From an uncultured Thermoanaerobaculia bacterium (lineage in GTDB: Bacteria > Acidobacteriota > Thermoanaerobaculia > Thermoanaerobaculales > Sulfomarinibacteraceae): a DNA stretch of 64,000 bases. Of this stretch, positions 52,481 to 61,808 are shown one piece after another. The notes below the pieces were generated by a model that saw only the letters and a list, made by a program, of their open reading frames with translations, was not told where the DNA came from and did no database searches. Each line of letters opens with the position of its first letter. Within the stretch, counting starts at the first letter, position 1. Location of the stretch: positions 24,063 through 88,062 of the forward strand of contig CAZKGM010000008.1 in assembly GCA_964552395.1 (NCBI GenBank), in the 5' to 3' direction. Both the position numbers and the translations under genes were made by a program.

Positions 52481-55024
52481 ATGAAATTGGGGGATGACAT
52501 GAAGGTCAAGAACGCCCGCATCCTCATGGTGGTGTTGGCAGCGGTCGCGGTCGCTGCGATCGGCGTGACTCCCGTGCTGGCGGCCGCCGAGACGCCGCTC
52601 GCTGTGAGCGGACTGCGCGCCGAGGCCGGCGCCCAAGGGCCGGTCGTTCATCTCCAGGTGGCCGGCAACCCCGACACGGTGCACTACAGTCCCCAGCCGG
52701 GGGTGTGGGTGGTTGAGATGCCCGCGGCCACGTGGGACGCCGAGATCGGGTCGGTCACCGCGCCCGAGGCGGGTATCCAGCGTGCTGAGCTGTCGACGGT
52801 CGACGAGTTCGGCCGCCGTGCAACCCGTCTGACCGTGTGGTTGACTGAACCGGCCCAGCTGGACCTGACACCGACTGGTGACGGCCTCGACCTGGTCTTC
52901 TCGCACGCGGAGAAGGCGGCGGCCCCGGCCCCCCCAGTGGCTGCAGATGCTGAAGCCGGTCAGAGGGCGGCCGTTGAGTCGGCCCCCGAGAAGGGGGCTC
53001 CGGAGGTCGAGAAGGCCGCTGTCCCGCCGGAGGACGTCGCTGCCGAGAACGTTCCTGCGAAGAAGCAGGTTGCCGCCGCGTCGCCGCCGGTCTCTCCAGC
53101 CGGCAGCTTGCTGGGAGTCACGCCAACGGCGAGCGCCGACGGGCTCGTGGTTCGTCTGCGCGGTGACGGCACACTGACCGGTCGCGCCTTCACACTCAAG
53201 AACCCCGACCGGGTCGTCGTCGACCTCCCCGGTGTCGTCAACCGTGTCAAGCGCACCCTGTACAGGGTCGACGGGGCGGCGGCCAACCGGGTCCGGGTGG
53301 CGCAGTTCCGGGCGGTACCCGAGCCGATCACGCGGCTGGTGGTTGACCTCGACGGCCCTCAGCCCTACTCGTTCTCGAGCACAGCGGAGGGCGGCGAGCT
53401 GCTGGTAGGCAGTACGGACGCTGAATCCGTGCACGCCTCGGCGGCGAAGGGCATCATCGAGTTCTCACGCTCCCATCCCGAGGCTGAGAAGACGGCCCAG
53501 GCAACGGTTGAACCCGACCGGCCGGTGGCGCCGGAGGCTGCCGAGGAGCCGCAAGCGGCTGCCGTACAGGCCGTCGAGCAAGATCGTACGGTGTCGCAAC
53601 CAGAGACCGCCGTGATGTCCGATAGCGCACCGGTCCACACGCTGCCGCCGGTCGTGACCGCCTCCGATTCGGCCGCCAAGCCGAGGAACCGCAGCCCGTG
53701 GGTCGCCGATCCATCACAGCTGATCGAGCAGGGCTCGGCCAAGGAGATCGTCGGCCTTCCGGCGGGGAAGAAGGACTATCAGACCAAGGAGGTCGAGAGC
53801 GAGGAGCGGCAGTTCACCGGAGAGCCGATCACGCTCACCCTCAAGGATGCCGACATCAAGGACGTGCTGCGCACCTTCGCGCAGCTGACCAACCTCAATA
53901 TCGTGGTGGATCCCTCGGTATCGGGGTCGGTGACGGTTGAGCTGCACGACGTGCCGTGGGACCAGGCCCTGGACCTGATCCTGCGTATCAACGGTCTCGA
54001 CTATGTGCTCGAGAACAACGTGTTGCGGGTGGCGCCGATAGCGAAGCTGGCGTCGGAGAAGACCGCCGCGGCCAAGTTCATGGAGGACCAGGAGAACGCG
54101 AAGCCGCTGAAGACGGTGCTCAAGCCGCTGTCCTACGCCCAGGCCGACGAGATCGCGGGTCTCCTCGGGAAGGAGTCCTACCTGCTCTCCAAGCGGGGGT
54201 CGGTGACCGTCGACAAGCGCACCAACCAGCTCATCATTCGTGACACGATCGACAGGGTCGAGGGGATCATCCGTCTGATCGAGAGCCTGGACACGCCGAC
54301 CCAGCAGGTCGTGATCGAGGGCCGGATCGTCGAGACCACGCGCGACTTTTCCCATGAGCTGGGCGTCAACTGGGGCTTCAGCGGCGTCATGGACGCTGCG
54401 CACGGCAACGACACCGGTCTCAACTTCCCGAACAGCATCAGCACCAACGGGCGGGTCGCCCTCGAGCGCGGCAGCAACGGTGTCGTCTCGGTGACCTTCG
54501 GCGACATTCTCAACACCTTCAACCTCGACTTCCTGCTGTCGGCCGCCGAGTCGGACGGCATGGTGAGGATCGTGTCATCGCCTCGGGTGACGACCCAGAA
54601 CAACCAGAAGGCAACGGTCCGTTCGGGTCTGCAGATCCCGGTCCAGACGGTGGCCAACAACACCGTCACCGTCCAGTACCAGGACGCGACCCTGAGGCTC
54701 GAGGTGACACCACAGATCACCGCCGAGGGGACGGTGATGCTGGACCTGAATATCAAGAAGCAGGAGCCGGTGCAGGGTGTCAACGTGCAGGGCGGCCAGA
54801 ATAGCCCGATCTTCACCCGAGACGCGCAGACCAAGTTGCTGGTCAGGGATGGTGGGACGACCGTCATCGCGGGCATCTACCAGCTGAACGACCAGACGAA
54901 CATCAACCGTGTGCCCGGTCTCGCGAAGATCCCGATTCTGGGATTCCTATTCCGCAACAAGTACGTCTTCAACCGGCACGACGAGCTCCTGATCTTCATT
55001 ACACCCAGGATCGTGAAGTACTAG
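52481..55024 (+). CDS. pilQ: Type IV pilus secretin PilQ with two AMIN domains
   Basis: Two AMIN-like modules (…VHLQVAGNPD…VWVVEMP; …LVVRLRGDG…RVVVDLPGV…ITRLVVDL) precede N0/N1 domains. The secretin core ends in VPGLAKIPILGFLFRN…ELLIFITPRIV. In-frame start options are at 52466 (GTG), 52481 and 52499. Confidence 0.9.
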   Translation: MKLGDDMKVKNARILMVVLAAVAVAAIGVTPVLAAAETPLAVSGLRAEAGAQGPVVHLQVAGNPDTVHYSPQPGVWVVEMPAATWDAEIGSVTAPEAGIQRAELSTVDEFGRRATRLTVWLTEPAQLDLTPTGDGLDLVFSHAEKAAAPAPPVAADAEAGQRAAVESAPEKGAPEVEKAAVPPEDVAAENVPAKKQVAAASPPVSPAGSLLGVTPTASADGLVVRLRGDGTLTGRAFTLKNPDRVVVDLPGVVNRVKRTLYRVDGAAANRVRVAQFRAVPEPITRLVVDLDGPQPYSFSSTAEGGELLVGSTDAESVHASAAKGIIEFSRSHPEAEKTAQATVEPDRPVAPEAAEEPQAAAVQAVEQDRTVSQPETAVMSDSAPVHTLPPVVTASDSAAKPRNRSPWVADPSQLIEQGSAKEIVGLPAGKKDYQTKEVESEERQFTGEPITLTLKDADIKDVLRTFAQLTNLNIVVDPSVSGSVTVELHDVPWDQALDLILRINGLDYVLENNVLRVAPIAKLASEKTAAAKFMEDQENAKPLKTVLKPLSYAQADEIAGLLGKESYLLSKRGSVTVDKRTNQLIIRDTIDRVEGIIRLIESLDTPTQQVVIEGRIVETTRDFSHELGVNWGFSGVMDAAHGNDTGLNFPNSISTNGRVALERGSNGVVSVTFGDILNTFNLDFLLSAAESDGMVRIVSSPRVTTQNNQKATVRSGLQIPVQTVANNTVTVQYQDATLRLEVTPQITAEGTVMLDLNIKKQEPVQGVNVQGGQNSPIFTRDAQTKLLVRDGGTTVIAGIYQLNDQTNINRVPGLAKIPILGFLFRNKYVFNRHDELLIFITPRIVKY

Positions 55025-55033
55025 GAGGGATCC

Positions 55034-55579
55034 ATGAAACGCGCAATGCAGCTGTGTGCTCTGACGGTCCTGGCGGCGGTGGCCCTTTCCTGCGGCGGCA
55101 ACAGCACGCTGAACGAGACCGAGGCGGTTGTCTTCCTGACGGCTCAGGTCAAGGAGTACAACCCGGATGTGAGCATCGCGTCGACCTCCGACGTCACGAT
55201 CAGCAAGCTCACGATCGACTCGCATCCCAAGGACCCGTCCGCGACCTTGACCTCGACCCAGGACGTGCACCTGACACGCTGGCAGGTGACGCCGTACCGG
55301 ACCGACGGTGGCACGACGGCGTCGCCGATGTGGCAGCATGATCTCAACGTCTACGTGGCCGCCGGCGGCTCTGCCGATCTCGAGAACTACCGCGTGTTCC
55401 CGGCCGAGTACTTCCGCCAGGCGCCGCTGTCCTACCTCCTTCCGGAGAACGGCGGCTTCGACCCGGAGACCGGGAATACCAACATACGTCAGAGTCTCAA
55501 GGTCGAGATCTTCGGCACGACGGTGAGTGGGAAAAGCATTTCCGTGGTCTTCGAAGTTGCTTTCAACTTCTTCTACTGA
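55034..55579 (+). CDS. Small lipoprotein of unknown function immediately downstream of pilQ
   Basis: The lipobox is in MKRAMQLCALTVLAAVALS|CGG. The 181-aa beta-rich protein ends in AFNFFY. It starts 9 nt after the pilQ stop. Confidence 0.6.
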   Translation: MKRAMQLCALTVLAAVALSCGGNSTLNETEAVVFLTAQVKEYNPDVSIASTSDVTISKLTIDSHPKDPSATLTSTQDVHLTRWQVTPYRTDGGTTASPMWQHDLNVYVAAGGSADLENYRVFPAEYFRQAPLSYLLPENGGFDPETGNTNIRQSLKVEIFGTTVSGKSISVVFEVAFNFFY

Positions 55580-55591
55580 TGGGGGACGACC

Positions 55592-57934
55592 GTGATGAAG
55601 AAACTACTCACAACCGCTGTGATCGCGACGCTGACGGTCCTGGTTGGGTGCTCGGGCAGCAGCCCGACGCCGAAGGCGTTGCCGACTCCCTCGACCGACG
55701 CGTGGGTGATCTCGTCACTGACCGCGAGCTCGAGCCAGGCCATCGTCGGTGAAACGGTTTCGCTGCAGGCGGCGGTCACCAAGAACGGGAGCCCGGCCCC
55801 TGACGGTACCACGGTCACCTTCGATTGGAGCACCGGAGGCGCCTATACGGCCCTCGCCTCCGTGGCGACTTCCGGGGGAACCGCCACCACGGGCATGGTG
55901 GCAGCCTCTGCCGGGACCTACTACATCCGCGCCCGTGTCTCGGGAATCTCGAAGTCGACCACCGTCACCTTCAGGCAGCCCGACACCACCACCGACCTCC
56001 AGATCTACAACGTGGTGCCGGCGCAGGGTACGCTCGACGGCGGCGATCAGGTAACGTTCCAGGGCAAGGGCATCTTCACGCCCGTCGACCTCTACTTCTC
56101 GGTCGACGGCATCGACTACCAGGCCCAGATCGTGTCCGTGGCCGAGGACTACTCCGCGGTGACCGTGATCACCCCGAAGATCACCGGCGTCACCGACACC
56201 AGCCGGCAGTGGGTCGCCAGCGTCCGCATCGTGCGCGGTTCCGGGACGGCGTACCAGCAGCAGCTGACGGTGCCCACCGCCTACACCTTCCTGCCGACCT
56301 CCGGCGCTCCCGAGATCTACCAGCTGTTCCCCGATCACGGCAGCCCCCGCGGCGGCGAGCAGGTGACGATCTTCGGCCGCAACTTCAAGGCGCCGGTCAC
56401 TGTCACGTTCGACACCGGCTTCGGCTCGCTGAGTGCGGACGAGGTGTCGGTGTCCGAGGACGGGCGCCAGATCACGGTCATCACGCCGCAGGTCAGCGCC
56501 GACCCGATCCAGGCCGACGAGCAGGCGACGGTGACGGTGATCAACGAGGCTGGAACGCCGCGCGCGACGACGATCAGCAAGTCGAACGCGTTCACCTTCG
56601 TCGCCGACCAGCTGACGCCGCGAATCTCGACCGTGTCGCCGAACTCCGGGCCGATGGCCGGCGGTACCCGGGTGAGTATCTTCGGCGAGGAGACCTCGGG
56701 CAGCGGCTTCCAGTTCCCGGTCCAGGTCTTCTTCGAGGGCGGCGACATCGGCAGCCGCGAGGCGGATGTCGTCTCCGTCGACGTGCACAAGATCGTTTGC
56801 GTCAGCCCGGACGTCACCAACGCCGCGGTGACGCCGCCGGCGACCGTCGACATCCGAGTCGTCAACGTCACCTCGGGGCTTTCGGAAACCAAGCCGGGAG
56901 CATTCACCTACGGCGAGAACCTGTTCGTATCCGGCAACACGCCGAACCAGGGCCCGGCCACCGGCGGCACCCAGGTGACGATCCTCGGCTCCGGGTTCGC
57001 CCCGCCGCTGTTCGTGGACTGGCTGGGGGCCAGCCCGCCGCAGCGGCTGGACGTCCTGTCGGTGACCGGCGCCGAGATCCTGGTGAACATGCCGGGGCTG
57101 AGTCCGCCACCGTGCGGCGACACCACGGCTTCCTTCCGGGTCACCGAGACCGACAGCAACCAGATCTCCGAGGGCGGCAACTTCACCTACCTCGGCGAGT
57201 CGCCGACCGTGCTGTCGGTCGATCCGAACCTCGTGACCCCCACAGCCAATGATCCCAGCCAACCGATTCTCGAACCAGCGGATCACACCCTGGTGATCAC
57301 CGGTCAGGACTTCCACGCTCCGGTCCGGGTCAGCATCGGCGGCTTCGTTCTTCCGGACGCCGACGTGACCCTGGACTCGGACACCCAGATCACGGTCACC
57401 TACATCCCGACCCCCGACGAGATCAACCTGAGCTACAACACCTCATCCTGCGTCGACACGAACGGCAACCCCGGTGCACGGGACATTCCGACCAACGTGC
57501 CGGTGACCGTCACCAACATCAACGGCAACTGCAGCAATACGTTGGCTTCCGGCCTCGCCTACGAGCCGTGGGACCGTGGCAATCCCCCCGATCCCCACCT
57601 GGGCCAGTGCCACGCGGCGCCGATTCTTGTGGTGGATCCGACCTCCCTGCTCTTTCCGGATTGGGCCGCTGGCGGCGCCTGCCCGACCGGAGATACTCAG
57701 ACCTTCACGATCTCCAATACCGGTAGCGCCGACCTCAACTGGAGCATAGGCATCTCCGGTACCGACGCCAGCGATTTCACGCCGGACATAACCTCAGGAA
57801 CTCTCGGCGCGAATATTTCAGTGACGGTCACCATCGACTTCTGCCCGGCGACGACCGGCGCCAAGAGCGCCCAGGTCGACGTGAACTCGAACGGCGGGAA
57901 TGCGACCGTGACCCTGACCGGGAACGGCACCTAG
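55592..57934 (+). CDS. Large lipoprotein with Big-like domain, at least four IPT/TIG-type Ig repeats and a C-terminal ASH/choice-of-anchor-D-like domain
   Basis: The lipobox is LTVLVG|CSG. Repeated signatures are PAQGTLDGGDQVTFQGKGF, PDHGSPRGGEQVTIFGRNF, PNSGPMAGGTRVSIFG and PNQGPATGGTQVTILGSGF. The C-terminus is TQTFTISNTGSADLNWSI...AKSAQVDVNSNGGNATVTLTGNG. Confidence 0.7.
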   Translation: MMKKLLTTAVIATLTVLVGCSGSSPTPKALPTPSTDAWVISSLTASSSQAIVGETVSLQAAVTKNGSPAPDGTTVTFDWSTGGAYTALASVATSGGTATTGMVAASAGTYYIRARVSGISKSTTVTFRQPDTTTDLQIYNVVPAQGTLDGGDQVTFQGKGIFTPVDLYFSVDGIDYQAQIVSVAEDYSAVTVITPKITGVTDTSRQWVASVRIVRGSGTAYQQQLTVPTAYTFLPTSGAPEIYQLFPDHGSPRGGEQVTIFGRNFKAPVTVTFDTGFGSLSADEVSVSEDGRQITVITPQVSADPIQADEQATVTVINEAGTPRATTISKSNAFTFVADQLTPRISTVSPNSGPMAGGTRVSIFGEETSGSGFQFPVQVFFEGGDIGSREADVVSVDVHKIVCVSPDVTNAAVTPPATVDIRVVNVTSGLSETKPGAFTYGENLFVSGNTPNQGPATGGTQVTILGSGFAPPLFVDWLGASPPQRLDVLSVTGAEILVNMPGLSPPPCGDTTASFRVTETDSNQISEGGNFTYLGESPTVLSVDPNLVTPTANDPSQPILEPADHTLVITGQDFHAPVRVSIGGFVLPDADVTLDSDTQITVTYIPTPDEINLSYNTSSCVDTNGNPGARDIPTNVPVTVTNINGNCSNTLASGLAYEPWDRGNPPDPHLGQCHAAPILVVDPTSLLFPDWAAGGACPTGDTQTFTISNTGSADLNWSIGISGTDASDFTPDITSGTLGANISVTVTIDFCPATTGAKSAQVDVNSNGGNATVTLTGNGT

Positions 57935-57949
57935 GGTGTGACAGAATGA

Positions 57950-57979
57950 CGGGCGGGCGGCCGCGGGGTCGCCCGCCCG
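57950..57979 (+). terminator. GC-rich hairpin without U-tract between the TIG lipoprotein and TPR genes (possible attenuator/terminator)
   Basis: CGGGCGGGCG (57950-57959) pairs perfectly with CGCCCGCCCG (57970-57979) around a 10-nt loop. No T-run follows. Confidence 0.3.
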
Positions 57980-57989
57980 GGTCAACCAG

Positions 57990-59015
57990 ATGGACTACCG
58001 AATCGAGCAACTGCGGTTCCAGCTGCGGGAGGATCCTACCTCCCGCCAGTTCTATCAGCTCGGCGAGCTGCTGCGCCGGGAGGGTGAGCTCGAGGCGGCG
58101 GTCGCGGTCCTCCGCGCAGGGCTCGAGCACCACCCGCGCTACCTCGCGGCGTGGGTCGCCCTCGGCCGCACCCTGTACGAGCTCCATGCCTACGACGAGG
58201 CGGAGGCGGCCTTCGCCCGCGCCCTCGCGCTCGACCCCCAGAACGCGGTCGCGGCGCAGATGGTGGGCCGTTCGGCGGCCCGCCGCGGCGAGTGGGAGCG
58301 GGCGGTCAAGGGGCTGACACTGGCGCTCGCATTGGGGCCGCGAGACGACGACCTCGAGGCCGAGCTGGAGGCTGCACGGGCGCACCTGACACCGCCGCCT
58401 GAGGCGGTTGCGGCGCCCCCCGCTCCGGACCGGGGGATGATGGCGCCTGCCGTCCCGCCGCGGCCGGCCCCGGTCATCAGGTCGACCGAGATCACCGAGG
58501 TGTTCGCCGACGAGCCGTTCTCAATGGCGCCGAGGGGAGACACCGGCGTTTTCCTCGCTGCGGCGGATGTCTTCACGGCGGCCGAGGAGGAGGCGCCGGC
58601 CGACTGGGAGGAAGCGGCTGCAGTGGCGCAGGAGCCCCCTCCGTTGGCGCCGGCGGCGCAGCTGCAGCCGGACCTCGGCGTCGAGGCGCCCGAGGCTGAA
58701 GCCGACGACGGCTGGGCGGCACAGGCAGAGGACGAGGGCACGGCAGCAGGGCGGGAGGAAATCCCCCTGCCGACGGTGACCCTGGCCCGCCTGGCGGTCG
58801 AGCAGGGAGACCTCGATCTCGCCGAACGAACGCTCGACGGTGTGCTGGCGCACGATCCCGATTCCGCCGAGGCGAGAGAGCTGTACCAGGACATCCAGGG
58901 CCTCAGGGATGGCGCGGCGGTGCAGCCGCGCCCCTCTTCCGGCGCAGCCAGAGCGGCGGCGTTGCAGGCATGGCTGCGGACGTTTAGACTGGCTGCTGGA
59001 AGGGAGGAGGCGTGA
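57990..59015 (+). CDS. Cytoplasmic TPR-repeat protein with central Ala/Pro/Glu-rich linker
   Basis: There is no signal peptide. N-terminal TPRs (QLGELLRREGELEAAVAVLRAGLEHHPRY…AEAAFARALALDPQN) are followed by a low-complexity acidic linker. The C-terminal TPR is LARLAVEQGDLDLAERTLDGVLAHDPDS. Confidence 0.65.
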   Translation: MDYRIEQLRFQLREDPTSRQFYQLGELLRREGELEAAVAVLRAGLEHHPRYLAAWVALGRTLYELHAYDEAEAAFARALALDPQNAVAAQMVGRSAARRGEWERAVKGLTLALALGPRDDDLEAELEAARAHLTPPPEAVAAPPAPDRGMMAPAVPPRPAPVIRSTEITEVFADEPFSMAPRGDTGVFLAAADVFTAAEEEAPADWEEAAAVAQEPPPLAPAAQLQPDLGVEAPEAEADDGWAAQAEDEGTAAGREEIPLPTVTLARLAVEQGDLDLAERTLDGVLAHDPDSAEARELYQDIQGLRDGAAVQPRPSSGAARAAALQAWLRTFRLAAGREEA

Positions 59016-59365
59016 GCTTCCAGGCGGCCATCACCGAGCTTTGCGAGAGCTGTCCGGGGTCCGTTGGGGCGGCAATCGTCGATCCCGACGGTATTCCGGT
59101 GGCGGTGACCGAAAGCGAGGTGGTGCTGGAGGACATCGGCGCCGAGTTCGCGGCCATCGTCCAGGGCGTCGAGGAAGCCGAGCGGGAGCTCCGTCACGGC
59201 TCGCTCCGACAGCTGATCGTGTACACCAACGAGCTGGCCCTGATTCTGACACTGATGGGGGGCGGCTACTTCCTGCTCCTGCTGCTCCACTCCGATGGCC
59301 TGCTGGGCAAGGGGCGCTTCCTGTCGCGTCTGGTGGGCGAGCGGCTGTACGACGAGTTCATTTGA
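59012..59365 (+). CDS. Roadblock/LC7 (MglB-like) domain protein
   Basis: The 117-aa protein MSFQAAITELCESCPGSVGAAIVDPDGIPVAVTES…EDIGAEFAAIV…LRQLIVYTNELALILTLM fits the Roadblock/LC7 pattern. The GTG start overlaps the TPR gene stop (GTGA), suggesting translational coupling. Confidence 0.6.
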   Translation: MSFQAAITELCESCPGSVGAAIVDPDGIPVAVTESEVVLEDIGAEFAAIVQGVEEAERELRHGSLRQLIVYTNELALILTLMGGGYFLLLLLHSDGLLGKGRFLSRLVGERLYDEFI

Positions 59366-59380
59366 GGTGACCACCTAATC

Positions 59381-59872
59381 ATGTTCAAGTTCGAGGAGAT
59401 CTGCGAGCTCATTCGTCTTGTCGGTTCGAGCGGCGTGGCAAGCGTCGAGGTGGAGCACGGCGGCAGCCGCCTCCGCATCGAGGGCGTTGCCCACGGCGCG
59501 CCGATTGAGGGAACACCCCGGGCCGTGCCGCTGGAGACCGTCCCGGTCGCCCGGATGGCGACGACAGCGCCGGCGGTGGCCGCCCCTCCCCAGGCGCCGG
59601 AGGCGATGCCGGCGGCCGGTGAGGAGGAGGGGGTCCACTTCGTGACCTCTCCGATCGTCGGCACCTTCTACCGAGCCCCGAACCCGGATGCGGACCCGTA
59701 CGTCAAGGTCGGGGACTTCGTCGAAAAGGGCCAGGTGCTGTGCATCGTCGAGGCCATGAAGCTGATGAATGAGATCGAGTCCGACACCTCGGGCACGGTC
59801 GTCAAGGTGTATGCCGAGAACGCGCAGCCCGTCGAGTTCGGGGAGCGGCTGTTCGCGCTTCGTCCGGCCTGA
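59381..59872 (+). CDS. accB: Acetyl-CoA carboxylase biotin carboxyl carrier protein
   Basis: The biotinylation motif is CIVEAMKLMNEIESD. An Ala/Pro-rich linker and C-terminal lipoyl-like fold are present. Confidence 0.95.
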   Translation: MFKFEEICELIRLVGSSGVASVEVEHGGSRLRIEGVAHGAPIEGTPRAVPLETVPVARMATTAPAVAAPPQAPEAMPAAGEEEGVHFVTSPIVGTFYRAPNPDADPYVKVGDFVEKGQVLCIVEAMKLMNEIESDTSGTVVKVYAENAQPVEFGERLFALRPA

Positions 59873-59875
59873 GCC

Positions 59876-61210
59876 ATGCTCGGCAAGGTCCTCATCGCCA
59901 ACCGGGGCGAGATCGCGGTTCGGGTGATCGCCGCGTGCAAGGAGCTCGGCATCGAGACCGTTGCCGTGCACTCGGACGCGGACCGCGACTGTCTGCACGT
60001 CCGCTTCGCGGACCAGTCGGTGTGCATCGGCGGGCCCTACTCCGCCAACAGCTACCTGAATATCTCAGCCGTCATTGCCGCGGCCGAGATTACCGGTGCG
60101 GACGCGGTTCATCCCGGCTACGGGTTCCTTGCCGAGAACGCCCACTTCGCCGAGATCGTGCAGGAGTGCGGGCTGACCTTCATCGGGCCCCCGCCGGAGG
60201 CGATCCGGCTCATGGGCAACAAGTCGGCCGCTCGCCGCGCGGTCTCGGAGGCCGGTGTGCCCGTCCTCCCGGGTTCCAAGGAGCCGCTCGAGAGCCGTCG
60301 CGAGGCGCTGACTTTGGCCGACGAGATCGGGTACCCGGTGATCCTGAAGGCTTCAGCCGGGGGCGGGGGACGTGGGATGCGGCTGGCGTTCGACGCCCGC
60401 GAGCTGCGGCTCGCCTTCGACACCGCGAGGAACGAGGCCGAGAAGGCTTTCGGTGACCCGTCGGTGTACCTCGAGAAGTACCTGCAGCGTCCGCGCCACA
60501 TCGAGTTCCAGATTCTCGCAGACTCGGCGGGTCGGATCCTCCACCTCGGAGAGCGTGAGTGCTCGATCCAGAGGCGCCACCAGAAGCTCCTCGAAGAGTC
60601 GCCCTCCGCGGTCCTGACGCCGGAGCTGAGGTCAGAGATGGGGGCGGCGGCCGTTGCCGCCGCCCGCGCGGCACGCTACGTTTCCGCCGGCACGGTCGAG
60701 TTTCTCCTCGCTCCCGACGGCGGCTACTACTTCATGGAGATGAACACGAGGATCCAGGTCGAGCACCCGGTAACCGAGATGGTGACCGGCACCGACCTCG
60801 TCAAGGAGCAGCTGCTCATCGCCGGCGGCGAGCGCATGTCGCTCTCCCCTCGCAGGTCGCTGCGGCTCGACGGTCACGCGATTGAGTTTCGCATCAACGC
60901 GGAGGATCCCGAGACCTTCGCTCCGTCACCGGGCCGGGTGACGAAGCTCGTGCTCCCGGGCGGGCCCGGGGTGCGGGTGGACACTCACCTGTACGCCGGC
61001 TACCTGGTGCCGCCGTATTACGACAGCCTCATCGCCAAGATCATCGTCCATGGTCGCGACCGGGACGAGGCGATCGCGCGCGGTCGTCGTGCGTTGGCGA
61101 TGTTCGAGATCGAGGGCGTCAAGACCTCCGCCCGGCTCCACCAGCGTATCCTCGAGGACCGCGACTTCATCAACGGCGACCTCGACACCAGCTTCATGGA
61201 CCGCTACTAG
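59876..61210 (+). CDS. accC: Acetyl-CoA carboxylase biotin carboxylase subunit
   Basis: The start [33 protein letters not shown], the ATP-grasp block GGGGRGMR and [14 protein letters not shown] are present. It is collinear over 444 aa. Confidence 0.95.
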   Translation: MLGKVLIANRGEIAVRVIAACKELGIETVAVHSDADRDCLHVRFADQSVCIGGPYSANSYLNISAVIAAAEITGADAVHPGYGFLAENAHFAEIVQECGLTFIGPPPEAIRLMGNKSAARRAVSEAGVPVLPGSKEPLESRREALTLADEIGYPVILKASAGGGGRGMRLAFDARELRLAFDTARNEAEKAFGDPSVYLEKYLQRPRHIEFQILADSAGRILHLGERECSIQRRHQKLLEESPSAVLTPELRSEMGAAAVAAARAARYVSAGTVEFLLAPDGGYYFMEMNTRIQVEHPVTEMVTGTDLVKEQLLIAGGERMSLSPRRSLRLDGHAIEFRINAEDPETFAPSPGRVTKLVLPGGPGVRVDTHLYAGYLVPPYYDSLIAKIIVHGRDRDEAIARGRRALAMFEIEGVKTSARLHQRILEDRDFINGDLDTSFMDRY

Positions 61211-61235
61211 CGATGCGGGCGTGCCCGCATCGCTA
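61208..61235 (+). terminator. Perfect 13-bp-arm hairpin at the accC stop (terminator-like, no U-tract)
   Basis: TAGCGATGCGGGC (61208-61220) pairs with GCCCGCATCGCTA (61223-61235). The stop codon is inside the 5' arm. It is followed by GAAGTGATT. Confidence 0.5.
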
Positions 61236-61280
61236 GAAGTGATTCCGGGGCGCGAAGCGGTCCGGAATCACGGTGGTACC

Positions 61281-61808
61281 ATGTTGAGGATGCTTCGCAT
61301 CTACCTCGTGGGCTTCATGGGCTGTGGGAAGACGAAAGCGGGAGAGGCACTTGCCGCCACGCTGGGGGTCCCGTTCGTCGACCTGGATCGGCTGATCAGT
61401 CAGAGCTTCGGGTCGACGGTGTCGCAAGTCTTCTCACGGCACGGGGAGCCCGCGTTTCGCGCCGAGGAGGCTCGTCTTCTGAAGACGACGCTACAACGGC
61501 GGCGTGTCATCGTCTCGACCGGTGGCGGCACCTTCTGTCACCGTTCAAACCGCGCCGCCATCCACGAGTCGGGGGGGATCTCGGTGTTCCTCGACGTGCC
61601 GTGGGAGGTCATTGTCAGCCGCCTTCCAGGGAAAAACCTCGATCGACCGAAGTTCGAGAGCGAGGCTGCCGCGCGCCGGCTGTTCAGCGAACGTGTTGCC
61701 GACTACCGGGCGGCCCGGATTCACCTCCAGCTCGGCGGTGACGAACCGCCCGATGAGGTGGCACGAAGGGTCGTAGCGGCGCTGCCGGGGATTCCGTGCG
61801 GTACCTGA
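61281..61808 (+). CDS. aroK: Shikimate kinase
   Basis: Walker A is IYLVGFMGCGKTKAG, followed by FVDLD and VSTGGG. The size is ~175 aa from ATG 61281, or 61290. The listed ORF start at 61050 overlaps accC and was rejected. Confidence 0.85.
   Translation: MLRMLRIYLVGFMGCGKTKAGEALAATLGVPFVDLDRLISQSFGSTVSQVFSRHGEPAFRAEEARLLKTTLQRRRVIVSTGGGTFCHRSNRAAIHESGGISVFLDVPWEVIVSRLPGKNLDRPKFESEAAARRLFSERVADYRAARIHLQLGGDEPPDEVARRVVAALPGIPCGT

Noticed and set aside
55715-57316. 533-aa antisense ORF and the 475-aa +2-frame ORF (55825..57252) inside the IPT/TIG lipoprotein gene.
   Set aside because: Only frame 55592..57934 yields a lipobox signal peptide and regularly repeated Ig-domain signatures. The others are R/G/D/H-rich strings.
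5233-61280. Upstream in-frame extensions offered by the ORF track. These start at 5233, 6368, 26463, 29089, 30507, 37009, 38927, 41486, 50626 and 61050 on the + strand, and at 49515, 39790 and 17584 on the - strand.
   Set aside because: Each extension overlaps the preceding gene or a terminator. Each adds residues with shadow-frame composition ahead of an internal start that yields a canonical N-terminus (signal peptide, prepilin motif, PP-loop or Walker A context). The internal starts were used and the uncertainty is noted per feature.
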